Made by a program: the position numbers and the translations under genes. From positions 242-64,241 of the forward strand of contig JAEZKH010000318.1 in NCBI GenBank assembly GCA_023415515.1: 64,000 nucleotides of DNA. Direction: 5' to 3'. The stretch is from Actinomycetes bacterium (lineage in GTDB: Bacteria > Actinomycetota > Actinomycetes > Mycobacteriales > Mycobacteriaceae). The notes under the pieces are model-generated. The model did no database searches, was not told where the DNA came from, and worked only from the letters and a program-made list of their open reading frames with translations. Of the stretch, positions 33,460-42,504 are shown in pieces (position 1 is the stretch's first letter; each line of letters starts with the position of its first letter).

Positions 33460-35013
33460 ATGACGGAAACACCCGATCGCGTTCGACCCGGTGGCGCCAC
33501 CGGATTGACCGAACTGGCCGCCGAGCAGGAAAGCCGGCTGATCAAGACGTTGCGCCGCGGCGACATCGTCTTCTTCATCGTCGCGGCGGTGATCAGTGTC
33601 GACACCATCGGGCTGATGGCCTCCGGCGGGCCAGAGGGCCTGGTGTGGGCGGTGTTCCTCGCGGGTGCGTTCCTCGTCCCGTCCGCAATGATCTTCGCCG
33701 AGACGGGCGGTGCCTTCACCGAGGAGGGCGGGCCCTATCAGTGGGTCAAGCACGCGTTCGGGCGGCTGTGGGCGGCGATCGCTGTTGTCCTGTACTGGAT
33801 CACCAATCCGATCTGGCTTGGCGGGTCGCTGGTCTTCATCGCCTCAGAAGTCTGGAACACCTACGTCTTCGGCATCGAACCGGGAAGTGCCGGCGACTAC
33901 ATCTTCAAGCTGATCTTCATCTGGGCGGCGATCACGCTGGCCATCGTCAGCCTGCGGAAAGGCAAGGTCGTCATCAGCGCAGGCGCGATAGCCAAACTTC
34001 TCGTTCTGGTCAGCCTCGTGGCGACGGCCGTCATCTACGGGTTCGCCGAGGGTTTCGAGCCCATCACTATGTCGTCGTTGACGCCGACCACCGGCGGATT
34101 CCTTGCCATCGTGCCGATCGCACTGTTCGCCTATCTGGGTTTTGAAGCACCCAACTCCGCGGCAGGTGAAATGCACAACCCGCAGAAGGACGTCCCCGCC
34201 GCCATCAGGCGAGGCAGCATCATCACGATGCTCGCCTATGTGTTGCCCGTTCTCGCAATCCTCTGGGCCACACCGGCAGACGAGGTCGCCGACGCCGGCG
34301 TGCTGGCAGCACTCGAGCGCGCCTACTCGGTCTACGGTCCGGCAGCCGGATTCCTGACCGTGGTGACCGCGCTGCTCTTCGTATTCGCTCTGCTCACGCA
34401 GGGCAGTGCGTGGATGATGGCCACCGACCGCATGCAGGCGATGGCCGCGGCCGACGGCGCCTTCTTCGGCGGATACTTCGGCGAGTTCCACGAAAAGCTG
34501 GGCACGCCGGTCCGGATGAACATCCTGTCCGGCGTCGTATCAACGATATTCGCGATCGCCGCACTGACGCTCGTCGAAGGAACTGCCGCATCGGTCTTCG
34601 TCGTCGTGCTGACGGTGGCGGTGTCCACCCTGCTGATCAGCTACCTGCTGATCATTCCGGCCGTCATGAAACTCCGCAGGGACTTCCCGGATGTGCACCG
34701 CCCCTACCGCGTTCCCGGCGGCACCACCGGCTTCTATGTCCTCGCAGGCGTTGTGCTGGCCTTCATCGCTCTTGGTTCGTGGGTCGCGGTCTTCCCCGGC
34801 ACCATCGAGAGCCTTTTCGGTCTGGAGTACTCGTTCCAAGACGTATGGGGTGTTTCTCAGCTCAACTTCGAGGCGTTCACCATCGGCACCCTCATCCTGG
34901 TGATTCTCCTCGCGTTGGTCGGGTACTGGCGCGCGGGCGGCGTCCGGGCGGCGGCATCCCGTGTCTCATCGGCGGGGGGACTGGTCGCCGAGACGACCGA
35001 TCGCGGCATCTGA
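33460..35013 (+). CDS. APC family amino acid/amine permease
   Basis: EEGGPYQWVKHAFG, FAYLGFEAP, GEMHNPQKDVP, RPYRVPGG; about 12 TM segments. Confidence 0.9.
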   Translation: MTETPDRVRPGGATGLTELAAEQESRLIKTLRRGDIVFFIVAAVISVDTIGLMASGGPEGLVWAVFLAGAFLVPSAMIFAETGGAFTEEGGPYQWVKHAFGRLWAAIAVVLYWITNPIWLGGSLVFIASEVWNTYVFGIEPGSAGDYIFKLIFIWAAITLAIVSLRKGKVVISAGAIAKLLVLVSLVATAVIYGFAEGFEPITMSSLTPTTGGFLAIVPIALFAYLGFEAPNSAAGEMHNPQKDVPAAIRRGSIITMLAYVLPVLAILWATPADEVADAGVLAALERAYSVYGPAAGFLTVVTALLFVFALLTQGSAWMMATDRMQAMAAADGAFFGGYFGEFHEKLGTPVRMNILSGVVSTIFAIAALTLVEGTAASVFVVVLTVAVSTLLISYLLIIPAVMKLRRDFPDVHRPYRVPGGTTGFYVLAGVVLAFIALGSWVAVFPGTIESLFGLEYSFQDVWGVSQLNFEAFTIGTLILVILLALVGYWRAGGVRAAASRVSSAGGLVAETTDRGI

Positions 35014-35027
35014 CGCCCGCTGTCTCG

Positions 35028-36443
35028 ATGACGGCGATCGAATCCCGCGCCGAGCACGACCTTCTCGGTCACTACCAGGTGCCGAGCACGGTGTACTACG
35101 GCGTACACACCGCGCGTGCCCTGGACAACTTCCCGATCACCGGCACCCCGATCTCGCGCTATCCCGAACTCGTGATCGCGCTCGCATGCGTCAAGCTGGC
35201 GGCGGCGCGGGCCAACCACCGGCTGGGGCTCCTCGACGCAGAACGGGTCGACGCGATCGTCGCCGCCTGCCTGGAGATCAAGAACGGAGCGCTTCACGAC
35301 CAGTTCGTCGTCGACGTGATCCAGGGCGGGGCGGGCACTTCGACGAACATGAACGCCAACGAGGTGATCGCGAACCGGGCTCTTGAACTGCTCGGCCGCC
35401 GTCGCGGCGACTACGGATATCTCCATCCAATCGAGCACGTCAACATGGGCCAAAGCACAAACGACGTGTATCCGACGGCGGTCAAGGTGGCCGTTCAGTT
35501 TGCCGTGCACCGGTTGCAACTCGCGATGACAGAGTTCGTTACTGCATTCGCGGACAAGGCAGTTGAGTTCAGCGGGCTGCTGAAGATGGGACGCACCCAG
35601 CTGCAGGATGCGGTGCCGATGACACTGGGCCAGGAGTTCGGCAGCTACGCCGTGATGGTGGGCGAGGACGCCGACCGGCTCGGGGAGGCCGCGCGACTGG
35701 TCGCTGAGATCAACCTCGGGGGCACCGCCATCGGCACCGGTCTCAATACGCACCACCGGTACGCAGAGGTTGCCTGCGAGGAATTGCGCGCTGTCACCGA
35801 ACTGCCGTTGGTGACGGCGTCGAACCTCGTCGAGGCGACTCAGGACGTGGGGTCGTTCGTTCAACTGTCGGGCGTTCTGAAGCGCACCGCGGTCAAACTG
35901 TCGAAGATCTGCAACGATCTGCGATTATTGTCGTCGGGTCCCAGAGCCGGTCTCGGCGAGATCAATCTTCCTGCCGTGCAGGCGGGTTCGAGCATCATGC
36001 CAGGAAAGGTGAACCCGGTGATCCCCGAAGCGGTCAACCAGGTGGCCTTCGAGGTGATCGGCAACGACATCACGATCAGCATGGCCGCCGAGGCCGGCCA
36101 GTTGCAGCTCAATGCGTTCGAGCCGATCATCGCCCACAGCCTGTTCGAATCGCTCACCCATCTGACCGCGGCGTGCGACACGCTTCGCACCCGTTGTGTC
36201 ACGGGAATAACGGCGAACCCGGAGCACATGCGGGCGACGGTGGATCACTCGATCGGGCTGGTGACGGCCCTCAACCGCCATATCGGCTACGAGGCCGCGA
36301 CACGGCTGGCCGCAGACGCACTGAACTCGGATTCGGATATCGCATCGCTGGTGCTCGATCGCGGACTGCTCACCGCGTCGGAGCTGACGGCGATCCTGCA
36401 GCCCGACAACCTGACTCGGCCCTATGGCGCCCGATCGGAGTAA
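35028..36443 (+). CDS. aspA: Aspartate ammonia-lyase
   Basis: YYGVHTARALDNF, QGGAGTSTNMNANEVIAN, KMGRTQLQDA, signature GSSIMPGKVNP, QLQLNAFEP. Confidence 0.94.
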   Translation: MTAIESRAEHDLLGHYQVPSTVYYGVHTARALDNFPITGTPISRYPELVIALACVKLAAARANHRLGLLDAERVDAIVAACLEIKNGALHDQFVVDVIQGGAGTSTNMNANEVIANRALELLGRRRGDYGYLHPIEHVNMGQSTNDVYPTAVKVAVQFAVHRLQLAMTEFVTAFADKAVEFSGLLKMGRTQLQDAVPMTLGQEFGSYAVMVGEDADRLGEAARLVAEINLGGTAIGTGLNTHHRYAEVACEELRAVTELPLVTASNLVEATQDVGSFVQLSGVLKRTAVKLSKICNDLRLLSSGPRAGLGEINLPAVQAGSSIMPGKVNPVIPEAVNQVAFEVIGNDITISMAAEAGQLQLNAFEPIIAHSLFESLTHLTAACDTLRTRCVTGITANPEHMRATVDHSIGLVTALNRHIGYEAATRLAADALNSDSDIASLVLDRGLLTASELTAILQPDNLTRPYGARSE

Positions 36444-36450
36444 CGGCTGG

Positions 36451-36654
36451 TCAGTCGCTCTTACTCAGTGCGGCGGTGGGGCAACCGCTGATCGCGGCGT
36501 CGATCTGATCCGCCTCGACATCGTTGGGGATCTCCTCGCCGCGAATGAGTTGTAGCACCCCGTCGTCGTCCACTTCGAAGAGCTCTGGACAAGCCGCTTC
36601 GCAGAGGCCGATCCCGGTGCACTTGTTCCTATCGACATGGATTTTCACAGTCAT
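36451..36654 (-). CDS. Small ferredoxin, probably [3Fe-4S], P450 partner
   Basis: VDRNKCTGIGLCEAACP...ISGCPTAAL (CxxIxxC...CP); ATGA overlap with the P450 stop. Confidence 0.9.
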   Translation of the reverse strand: MTVKIHVDRNKCTGIGLCEAACPELFEVDDDGVLQLIRGEEIPNDVEADQIDAAISGCPTAALSKSD

Positions 36655-37877
36655 ACATCCCATCGGACGGGCAGCGATTTCGGGGCGCGCGTGAGCCATC
36701 CGTGAACCACGGGTGGATTGTCGGGCACGAGACGAAGATTCGGGAGGGTTTGGAAGGTTTCCGCGAGGACGACTTCGCCGAGCGCACGAGCGACGTTGTG
36801 CCCGATGCAGAAGTGGCCGCCGAAGCCGAAGGACACGTTGTCCTGATCGGTGCGCGCGATGTCGAATTCGTCAGGCCGATCGAACCGCGCCGGGTCACGG
36901 TTCGCGGAGCCGATGACCATGGACACCTCGGTACCTGCCGGAATCAGGACACCGCCGACATGTACGTCCGCGGTCGTGAGTTTTTCGGTCATGCCGAAAG
37001 GCGGCAGCCACCGCAGTGCTTCCTCGACGGCGGGACGGGCCCATCTGACTGGATCATCGACGAGCAGTCGCGCTTGCTCGGGATGTGTGAGGAGCGCGAA
37101 GAGCGTGCTGGCGATCAGGTGTGCAGGCTCCTGGAACCCGCCGACTATCAAAACGCCCACCGTGGGAAGCATCTCCTCGATGGACCGGAGTTCACCTTCA
37201 GGCATGCCGTCGTGGAGAAGGTGTGACAGTGCAGTGTGATCGGGCGCTGCGGAGAGTTGCGGCAGCCGACCTTCCAGGTACTCGCGAATCTCGGCCTTCA
37301 CCACCCGGCTCTGCTCGGCTACCGCCGCATCACGGCCGTAATCGACGAGATACGCGGCCAGGGCGTGGAACCACCGCCCGAGGACGGTGTCGTCGACATC
37401 GCTGAATCCCAGCACATCGCCGACGACGCGTTGGCTGAGCGGCTCGAAGATGTCTGCGGTGGCGTCGGCTGCGCCGCGCGGACGCACGTTGTGAAGGTAC
37501 TTCTGAGCATTGGCGCGGATCCCCGTTTCGTAGTAGCGGTTCACCTGCTTGGGCCGCACGGGGTGGTTCGCGGCGTTGCGGATGACGCGGTGCTGCGCGC
37601 CGGTCAGGCTCATCACGTTGCCGCGTCCGTAGACGAGTTCGTGGGCTTCCTTGGTCGGGCCGAACACCGCGTCGTTCGCGCCGGCTTCCTTGACCAACTC
37701 CCACGTCATCAACCACACCCGGCCCGTTTCGGGCACGTAGACGACGGGACACTCCTCGCGCATCCAGCCGTAGAACGGGTAAGGGTCCTCCTCGAGGTCC
37801 CGCAGCGGAATGTCGACAACGATGTCGAATGCCGTCTTCACCGGGTGAGAGACCTTGAGCGCGGTTCGGTCGATCAT
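36651..37877 (-). CDS. Cytochrome P450, CYP255/GcoA-like
   Basis: DPYPFY, EEALRW (ExxR), SANRDP, heme motif FGFGGHFCIG; SHLLHDGMP and I-helix GGFQEPAH resemble recalled GcoA SHWLHDGMP and GAMQEPGH. Start taken at ATG 37877. Confidence 0.88.
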   Translation of the reverse strand: MIDRTALKVSHPVKTAFDIVVDIPLRDLEEDPYPFYGWMREECPVVYVPETGRVWLMTWELVKEAGANDAVFGPTKEAHELVYGRGNVMSLTGAQHRVIRNAANHPVRPKQVNRYYETGIRANAQKYLHNVRPRGAADATADIFEPLSQRVVGDVLGFSDVDDTVLGRWFHALAAYLVDYGRDAAVAEQSRVVKAEIREYLEGRLPQLSAAPDHTALSHLLHDGMPEGELRSIEEMLPTVGVLIVGGFQEPAHLIASTLFALLTHPEQARLLVDDPVRWARPAVEEALRWLPPFGMTEKLTTADVHVGGVLIPAGTEVSMVIGSANRDPARFDRPDEFDIARTDQDNVSFGFGGHFCIGHNVARALGEVVLAETFQTLPNLRLVPDNPPVVHGWLTRAPKSLPVRWDV

Positions 37878-38161
37878 GGTGGCTGCCGTCTGGTCCTTGC
37901 TCTCCAAAGAATTCCCATGACCGTAAGCCGGTTTCGCGCCCCACGCCAGCGTGCCGGCCACGTCTCTTCCGTCGAATCCTCGATGCTCGGCATCGACGAT
38001 ATCGATGCAATGCGGCTGCGCCACCATCTCGACGACGCCGCTGCTATCTGCGTCCCGGACTACCCGCCACTGCATCGCGGTGAAATCGGTAGGCGACGTG
38101 GCGTTCTGAAGCCACACACAACCTCCTAGGCGGCGCTGTCTTGTTTGGTCCGAAACGGCGA

Positions 38162-39085
38162 TCAGGACGAGGCTCGGTCGACTCGCCGAGACACCGCGTC
38201 GAAGCCGTTGTCCTGCAGTGACTGCGAAACCACCGAAGGAGCGTTGGCCGCCATCAGACGGGTGAGCACGTGCCCGGGTCTCATCTCGACGGCACATGTC
38301 GCACCCAGTTCGGGCAGCAGTCGCGTGGCGTCGTACCACTGCACGGGTTTGGCGACCGACGCCGCAAGGTCGTCGAGAACGCCGTCGGCGGTGCTCACCG
38401 CGCGCCCTCCGGTGTTGGTCAGGTACCGGCAGGACGGTGCCCGCCGAGGCAAGCCGGAAAGGCGCTCGGCGATCCGGTGGGCCGTCGCGATCTGCAGCGG
38501 GCAGTGCGATGCCACATTGACGTCGAGGATCTCGAAGCTGCCAACGGTGTTGGCGGTCGCCGCCGCGTCCTGCAGCGCGGCGCGTGTGCCACTGAGCACG
38601 GTCTGGGTGGCGCTGTTGACGTTGGCCACCCACAGCTGGGTGTCCAGCCGCTTCGTCAGCGCGCGTGCAGCGCGGTTCGGCATCCCCAGGACGGCGGCCA
38701 TGCCCCAATCGCCCTGTGCACACGCCTCTTTCATGAGTCGCGCGCGTAGGTCGACCGCGTCGAGTGCCTCGGTGAAGGTCAGGACGCCCGCGGTGACGGC
38801 CGCGGCGAACGCGCCGACCGAGTGCCCGGCGACGAACTCAGGCGTCAGACCGTGATCCTCACCGAGACTGCGGGCGCACGTCACACCGGCCACCAACAGC
38901 GCGATCTGGGCATGCGCCGTATCGCGCAGGGCTTCCACGCCGTCGATGTCCGTGGGATGGCCGAACGCGTCCGCCCACGTCGCGAACTCGTCGAAGACGG
39001 TTCGGGTGGCCGGGGTTCGCGGCAGTTCGTCGAGCATGGCGGGTCGCTGCGATCCCTGACCGGGAAACAGGAAAGCCAGGCTCAT
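38162..39085 (-). CDS. mdcH: Malonate decarboxylase epsilon subunit (malonyl-CoA:ACP transacylase)
   Basis: AFLFPGQGSQ, AGHSVGAF, ANVNS, VASHC, PVQW. Confidence 0.9.
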   Translation of the reverse strand: MSLAFLFPGQGSQRPAMLDELPRTPATRTVFDEFATWADAFGHPTDIDGVEALRDTAHAQIALLVAGVTCARSLGEDHGLTPEFVAGHSVGAFAAAVTAGVLTFTEALDAVDLRARLMKEACAQGDWGMAAVLGMPNRAARALTKRLDTQLWVANVNSATQTVLSGTRAALQDAAATANTVGSFEILDVNVASHCPLQIATAHRIAERLSGLPRRAPSCRYLTNTGGRAVSTADGVLDDLAASVAKPVQWYDATRLLPELGATCAVEMRPGHVLTRLMAANAPSVVSQSLQDNGFDAVSRRVDRASS

Positions 39086-39693
39086 GGCACGGCGGCGGCG
39101 CGTGCGACCAGGCGCGGCCCATCGGATGTCCGGAGCAGGACGGCATCGCTGTCCGAGACGAGTTCGGTGAGAGCGATGGCGCCGTCGTCCGTCTCCACCA
39201 GGCAGTCGATGCGGACCTGAAGGCTGCTCAAGCGACGGTGGATCAGCTTGAGGCGTCGTAGGTCGGCCTCGTCGCACTGCGACATCCGCATCACCATGTC
39301 CAGATCGCTTGTCAGCGATACAGCGTGAGCACCGGTCGCCAACTCGAACCCCACGCTGCCCGTCGGTCCCCACGCGAACGCGTCGACGATGCCGCGGACT
39401 GCGGACAACACGCGAATGGCCGGTAGCGGCCGACCGGCGACGGGGCCCGTCAACTGCTCCGGCTTCACCTGTTCGCGCACCACCGACAACGGGATGGTCC
39501 ACGCGTAGCGCTGCGACCGATCGCATCCTCGAACGCCCACCGCGGCGAAACCTTCGGGAGCGCTCGCTCGCCGCACCGTCACCCACGGCACCGCCGCCAG
39601 CGCGGGGCCGGCCCACGCCGGTGCGTCACGCGGCAACAACGACGACGCCTCGACCGGGATCCGAAGCAGATCGTGCGGAAGAGGAGCGGTCAT
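39082..39693 (-). CDS. mdcG: Malonate decarboxylase holo-ACP synthase
   Basis: PHDLL, WVTVRR, VGVRG..RSQR, WGPTGSVGFELATG, SDLD, LLRT..GP. Confidence 0.92.
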   Translation of the reverse strand: MTAPLPHDLLRIPVEASSLLPRDAPAWAGPALAAVPWVTVRRASAPEGFAAVGVRGCDRSQRYAWTIPLSVVREQVKPEQLTGPVAGRPLPAIRVLSAVRGIVDAFAWGPTGSVGFELATGAHAVSLTSDLDMVMRMSQCDEADLRRLKLIHRRLSSLQVRIDCLVETDDGAIALTELVSDSDAVLLRTSDGPRLVARAAAVP

Positions 39694-41342
39694 GAATTCC
39701 ACTGCCTGGCGAGTACTTCGCGGACGGCGCGCGACGCACGCCGCGTCGACTTCGCTGCCTCGGAGTCAAGGCGGTTGGACAGGTCCGACGGGCCGTTGCG
39801 CGCTCGCTGCACGGCATCGGCAATGGCTGCGGAGACCGTCGCGATGTCGCGGTCAGTCGGATTGTCGGCATCCTCGACCGTCAGCAGGCCGTCGCAGAAT
39901 CCGAGCGTGGCCCAGTCCGAGACCTCATAGCTCATCGGCGCGATCTTCGCACCGAGTGCGTCGAGTTCCTCGACCGTGCGCAGTGTGATGCGGGCGGCGG
40001 CCGCCTTGTGCATGGCGTGGATCTCAACGCCGGGATCATCAAGCGCCAGAATCTGATTGGCCTGCAGACCGTGGGTGAGCAACCCACCAGACAGCGCGGT
40101 GCCCACCACGAGCGCCACGATCGGATGCCCAGCGTTGCGCGCGGTGTGATAGGCGTTGACGGCGGCCGCCATGGCCTGGTGCAAGCCCACCGTTTCTTCG
40201 ATGCGACCGTATGCCTGGCTGGGGAGATCGACCACCGCGACGATGGCGCGCTTGACGGCTGCATCGTCGTCGGCGTCGACGACGTCGAGGACCGCCCGTG
40301 CCAACGCCAACGACTCGGTGAGCCCCACCTCCCCGTTCCTGGCCCGATGGAACGGGTTGTCCGGGTCCGGAACGACAGCGAGATAGCGCGCGGTCGCAGT
40401 GGTGGCCGACAGCACCGACGGGATGAATTCGGCAGGACTGTCGTCGCCGCTTAGCCTGCGCAGCCAAATGCGTCCCCGGCTGTCCGGGGCCGCGGCCGCG
40501 TCCGGTGCACGGGCCGGCGCGTGGTCGGTTATTCGCGCTGCGAGCATGTCGAGCCGTTCGCTTCGGTGCCTGCCCTGCTCGGCGACACCCGAGCGAACCG
40601 CGGTGATCAACTCGCCGCGCAGCATCTGCGTGTCGTCGGGAACGAGGGCATCGGCGAGGCCGGCGGCGAATCGGCGCTCACCTCCGTCGATTGCCCAGAT
40701 CAGCTCGTGGTCGCTGGAGTCGAATTCGTCGACGCCGCCCTCCTGTTCGATGACCGCGGGTCCGTTGAGCCCGATGCGGGCCTGCGGGGTGACGATGAGA
40801 CGGGTGCACAGGCCCGCCGCGATGCTCATACCACCGAACGAACCGACGGTTCCGGCGACGATTCCGATCACCGGCGCCAGCTGCCGCAGATCAAGGGCAG
40901 CCGAGCAGATCTCGGCGACGGCGTTGAGCCCCAGGTTGGCTTCCTGCAGGCGGACCCCTCCGGTCTCGAACAGGATGACCCCCGCGGTCGGACGGCCCGC
41001 GCGGGAGTCGGCGGCAGCCAACAGCAGTGCCTGCGAGATCTTGGCTCCGGAGACTTCACCGGTGCCGCCGCCCTGAAAGCCCTGTTCGATGGCCGCGACG
41101 ACGACGGCGTGGCCGTCGACGGTGCCCTTGACGAGCACTGTGCCGTCGTCGGATTGCGGGGTGATTCCCTGCGGTTCCAACCAGGGTGACTCGAGCCGGT
41201 CGAACGGGCCCACGAGCACGCGTCCGGTACCGGGGTCGAGAAGCGCGGTCGCCCGCCCGAGCGCGTCGAGTTCGATGAAGCTGTGGCGTGACAACAGTTG
41301 CGGCCAGGTCAGGCCGGCCAGCGGCGACGGCGTGGCGGTCAT
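39690..41342 (-). CDS. mdcDE: Fused malonate decarboxylase beta/gamma subunits (MdcD-MdcE)
   Basis: N-terminal half SFIEL, SPWL, GGGTGEVSGAK, ETGGVRLQEAN, GLNGP (MdcD); C-terminal half GEVGL, VDLPSQAYGRIEE, ALSGGLLTHG, MHKAAAARIT (MdcE); one continuous frame. Confidence 0.9.
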   Translation of the reverse strand: MTATPSPLAGLTWPQLLSRHSFIELDALGRATALLDPGTGRVLVGPFDRLESPWLEPQGITPQSDDGTVLVKGTVDGHAVVVAAIEQGFQGGGTGEVSGAKISQALLLAAADSRAGRPTAGVILFETGGVRLQEANLGLNAVAEICSAALDLRQLAPVIGIVAGTVGSFGGMSIAAGLCTRLIVTPQARIGLNGPAVIEQEGGVDEFDSSDHELIWAIDGGERRFAAGLADALVPDDTQMLRGELITAVRSGVAEQGRHRSERLDMLAARITDHAPARAPDAAAAPDSRGRIWLRRLSGDDSPAEFIPSVLSATTATARYLAVVPDPDNPFHRARNGEVGLTESLALARAVLDVVDADDDAAVKRAIVAVVDLPSQAYGRIEETVGLHQAMAAAVNAYHTARNAGHPIVALVVGTALSGGLLTHGLQANQILALDDPGVEIHAMHKAAAARITLRTVEELDALGAKIAPMSYEVSDWATLGFCDGLLTVEDADNPTDRDIATVSAAIADAVQRARNGPSDLSNRLDSEAAKSTRRASRAVREVLARQWNS

Positions 41343-41653
41343 GACGGTGCCCCCGACGCCGCTTCCGCGGCCTGGCGCAGCCGCAGGTTGACCACACCCG
41401 GGGTGGCGCCGAAGTCGTTCAGCTCCCATCTGCCCGCCAGCGGGGTGCGCTGGAAGAACCGCTCCAGCACGTCGTGCCAGACGGTGTCGAACCCGTCGAT
41501 GCTAGTGCGGACGCGCACGGCGACCGCATCACCTGGATCAGCGTCGGTTGGGGGTTCCAGCAGGATCTCCAGATCTCCCGAGGCGACGACACCCACGTGA
41601 ACGCGATGCGACGCACGCCGCACTGCGGGAAACTCATAGCTCAGCGTCTGCAT
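41339..41653 (-). CDS. mdcC: Malonate decarboxylase acyl carrier protein (delta)
   Basis: MQTLSYEF, VGVVASGDLEIL (prosthetic-group Ser), TSIDGF, NDFGATPGVVNLRLRQA. Confidence 0.93.
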   Translation of the reverse strand: MQTLSYEFPAVRRASHRVHVGVVASGDLEILLEPPTDADPGDAVAVRVRTSIDGFDTVWHDVLERFFQRTPLAGRWELNDFGATPGVVNLRLRQAAEAASGAPS

Positions 41654-42504
41654 CGGCCACCCGTCCTTGTTCCGATGTCGTCGAGAAACAGAGCGACCGC
41701 CATCAGGTCTCCGCTGCCGCCAGGCGAGAGCCTGCGTGACAGGCACATCTCGTCGAGTTCGCCGAAGAGTCGGCGGCCCTTCGCTGTCCGCAACCCACCC
41801 GCGCCGAGCACGGCGCCCGCGGCCGATTGAACCGCGCGCAGGCCGTCGGCGCCTCCGCGGTGGAGGAGGCAGGTGTCATCGAGGTGCTTGATGAGCGCCA
41901 GCAGGGCCTCCAGCCGGGAGGTCGACTCATCGAGACCCGCTGCGCGCGCCGCCCGCATCGCAGGCAACGCGTGTCGGTGCACATGCGGAAAGCCTTCCTG
42001 TGCCTCGCCTTTCGCCCCGGTGGCGCCGTAGCGGTGCCGCGCCGATGCGCCGTGCGAGATCGCCGCGACCGAATACGGGTCGGGCAGTGCGGCCAACCGG
42101 GCCGCCCAGGCGACCGGGTTCCGCGGGTCGGTGGCGGCGCCTGCGCACAGCAACCCCAGTGCCCACAGCGCGCCGCGGTGGGTGTTGACTCCACCTGTCG
42201 CACAGAGCATTGCAGCCTCACCCGCTCGGCCGATCGCACCGATACGAAGACGCAGATCGGTGGTGGTTGCCGAATCCTCTGCTGCGGAGGCGCATTCGGC
42301 GAATGACGTGCGGAGCGCCTCGGCTGACGCGTGCAGCATGGCGACATCCATGTCGCTGTGCGCACCGCCGCCGCGCTGATCGACAAGGCCCGGCTTCGGT
42401 GTCAGATCGGCTTCGGCGCGGATCGCGACGACCGCCATGTCGGCGATTTCTTCGGCCGTGAGAACCCACGGACGGGCCACCGCTGGATGCGCCATGGCGA
42501 TCAC
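41641..42504 (-). CDS. mdcB: Triphosphoribosyl-dephospho-CoA synthase
   Basis: EADLTPKPGLVD, GAHSDM, ATGGVNTHRGA, GAKGEA, DTCLLHRGG, LSPGGSGDL. Confidence 0.93.
   Translation of the reverse strand: MIAMAHPAVARPWVLTAEEIADMAVVAIRAEADLTPKPGLVDQRGGGAHSDMDVAMLHASAEALRTSFAECASAAEDSATTTDLRLRIGAIGRAGEAAMLCATGGVNTHRGALWALGLLCAGAATDPRNPVAWAARLAALPDPYSVAAISHGASARHRYGATGAKGEAQEGFPHVHRHALPAMRAARAAGLDESTSRLEALLALIKHLDDTCLLHRGGADGLRAVQSAAGAVLGAGGLRTAKGRRLFGELDEMCLSRRLSPGGSGDLMAVALFLDDIGTRTGGRCRR

Noticed and set aside
23360..37877. Idea that the amine dehydrogenase supplies electrons to the two reductase-less oxygenases flanking it
   Set aside because: No sequence support; the modules have separate promoters and regulators, and TMADH-family enzymes normally reduce ETF.
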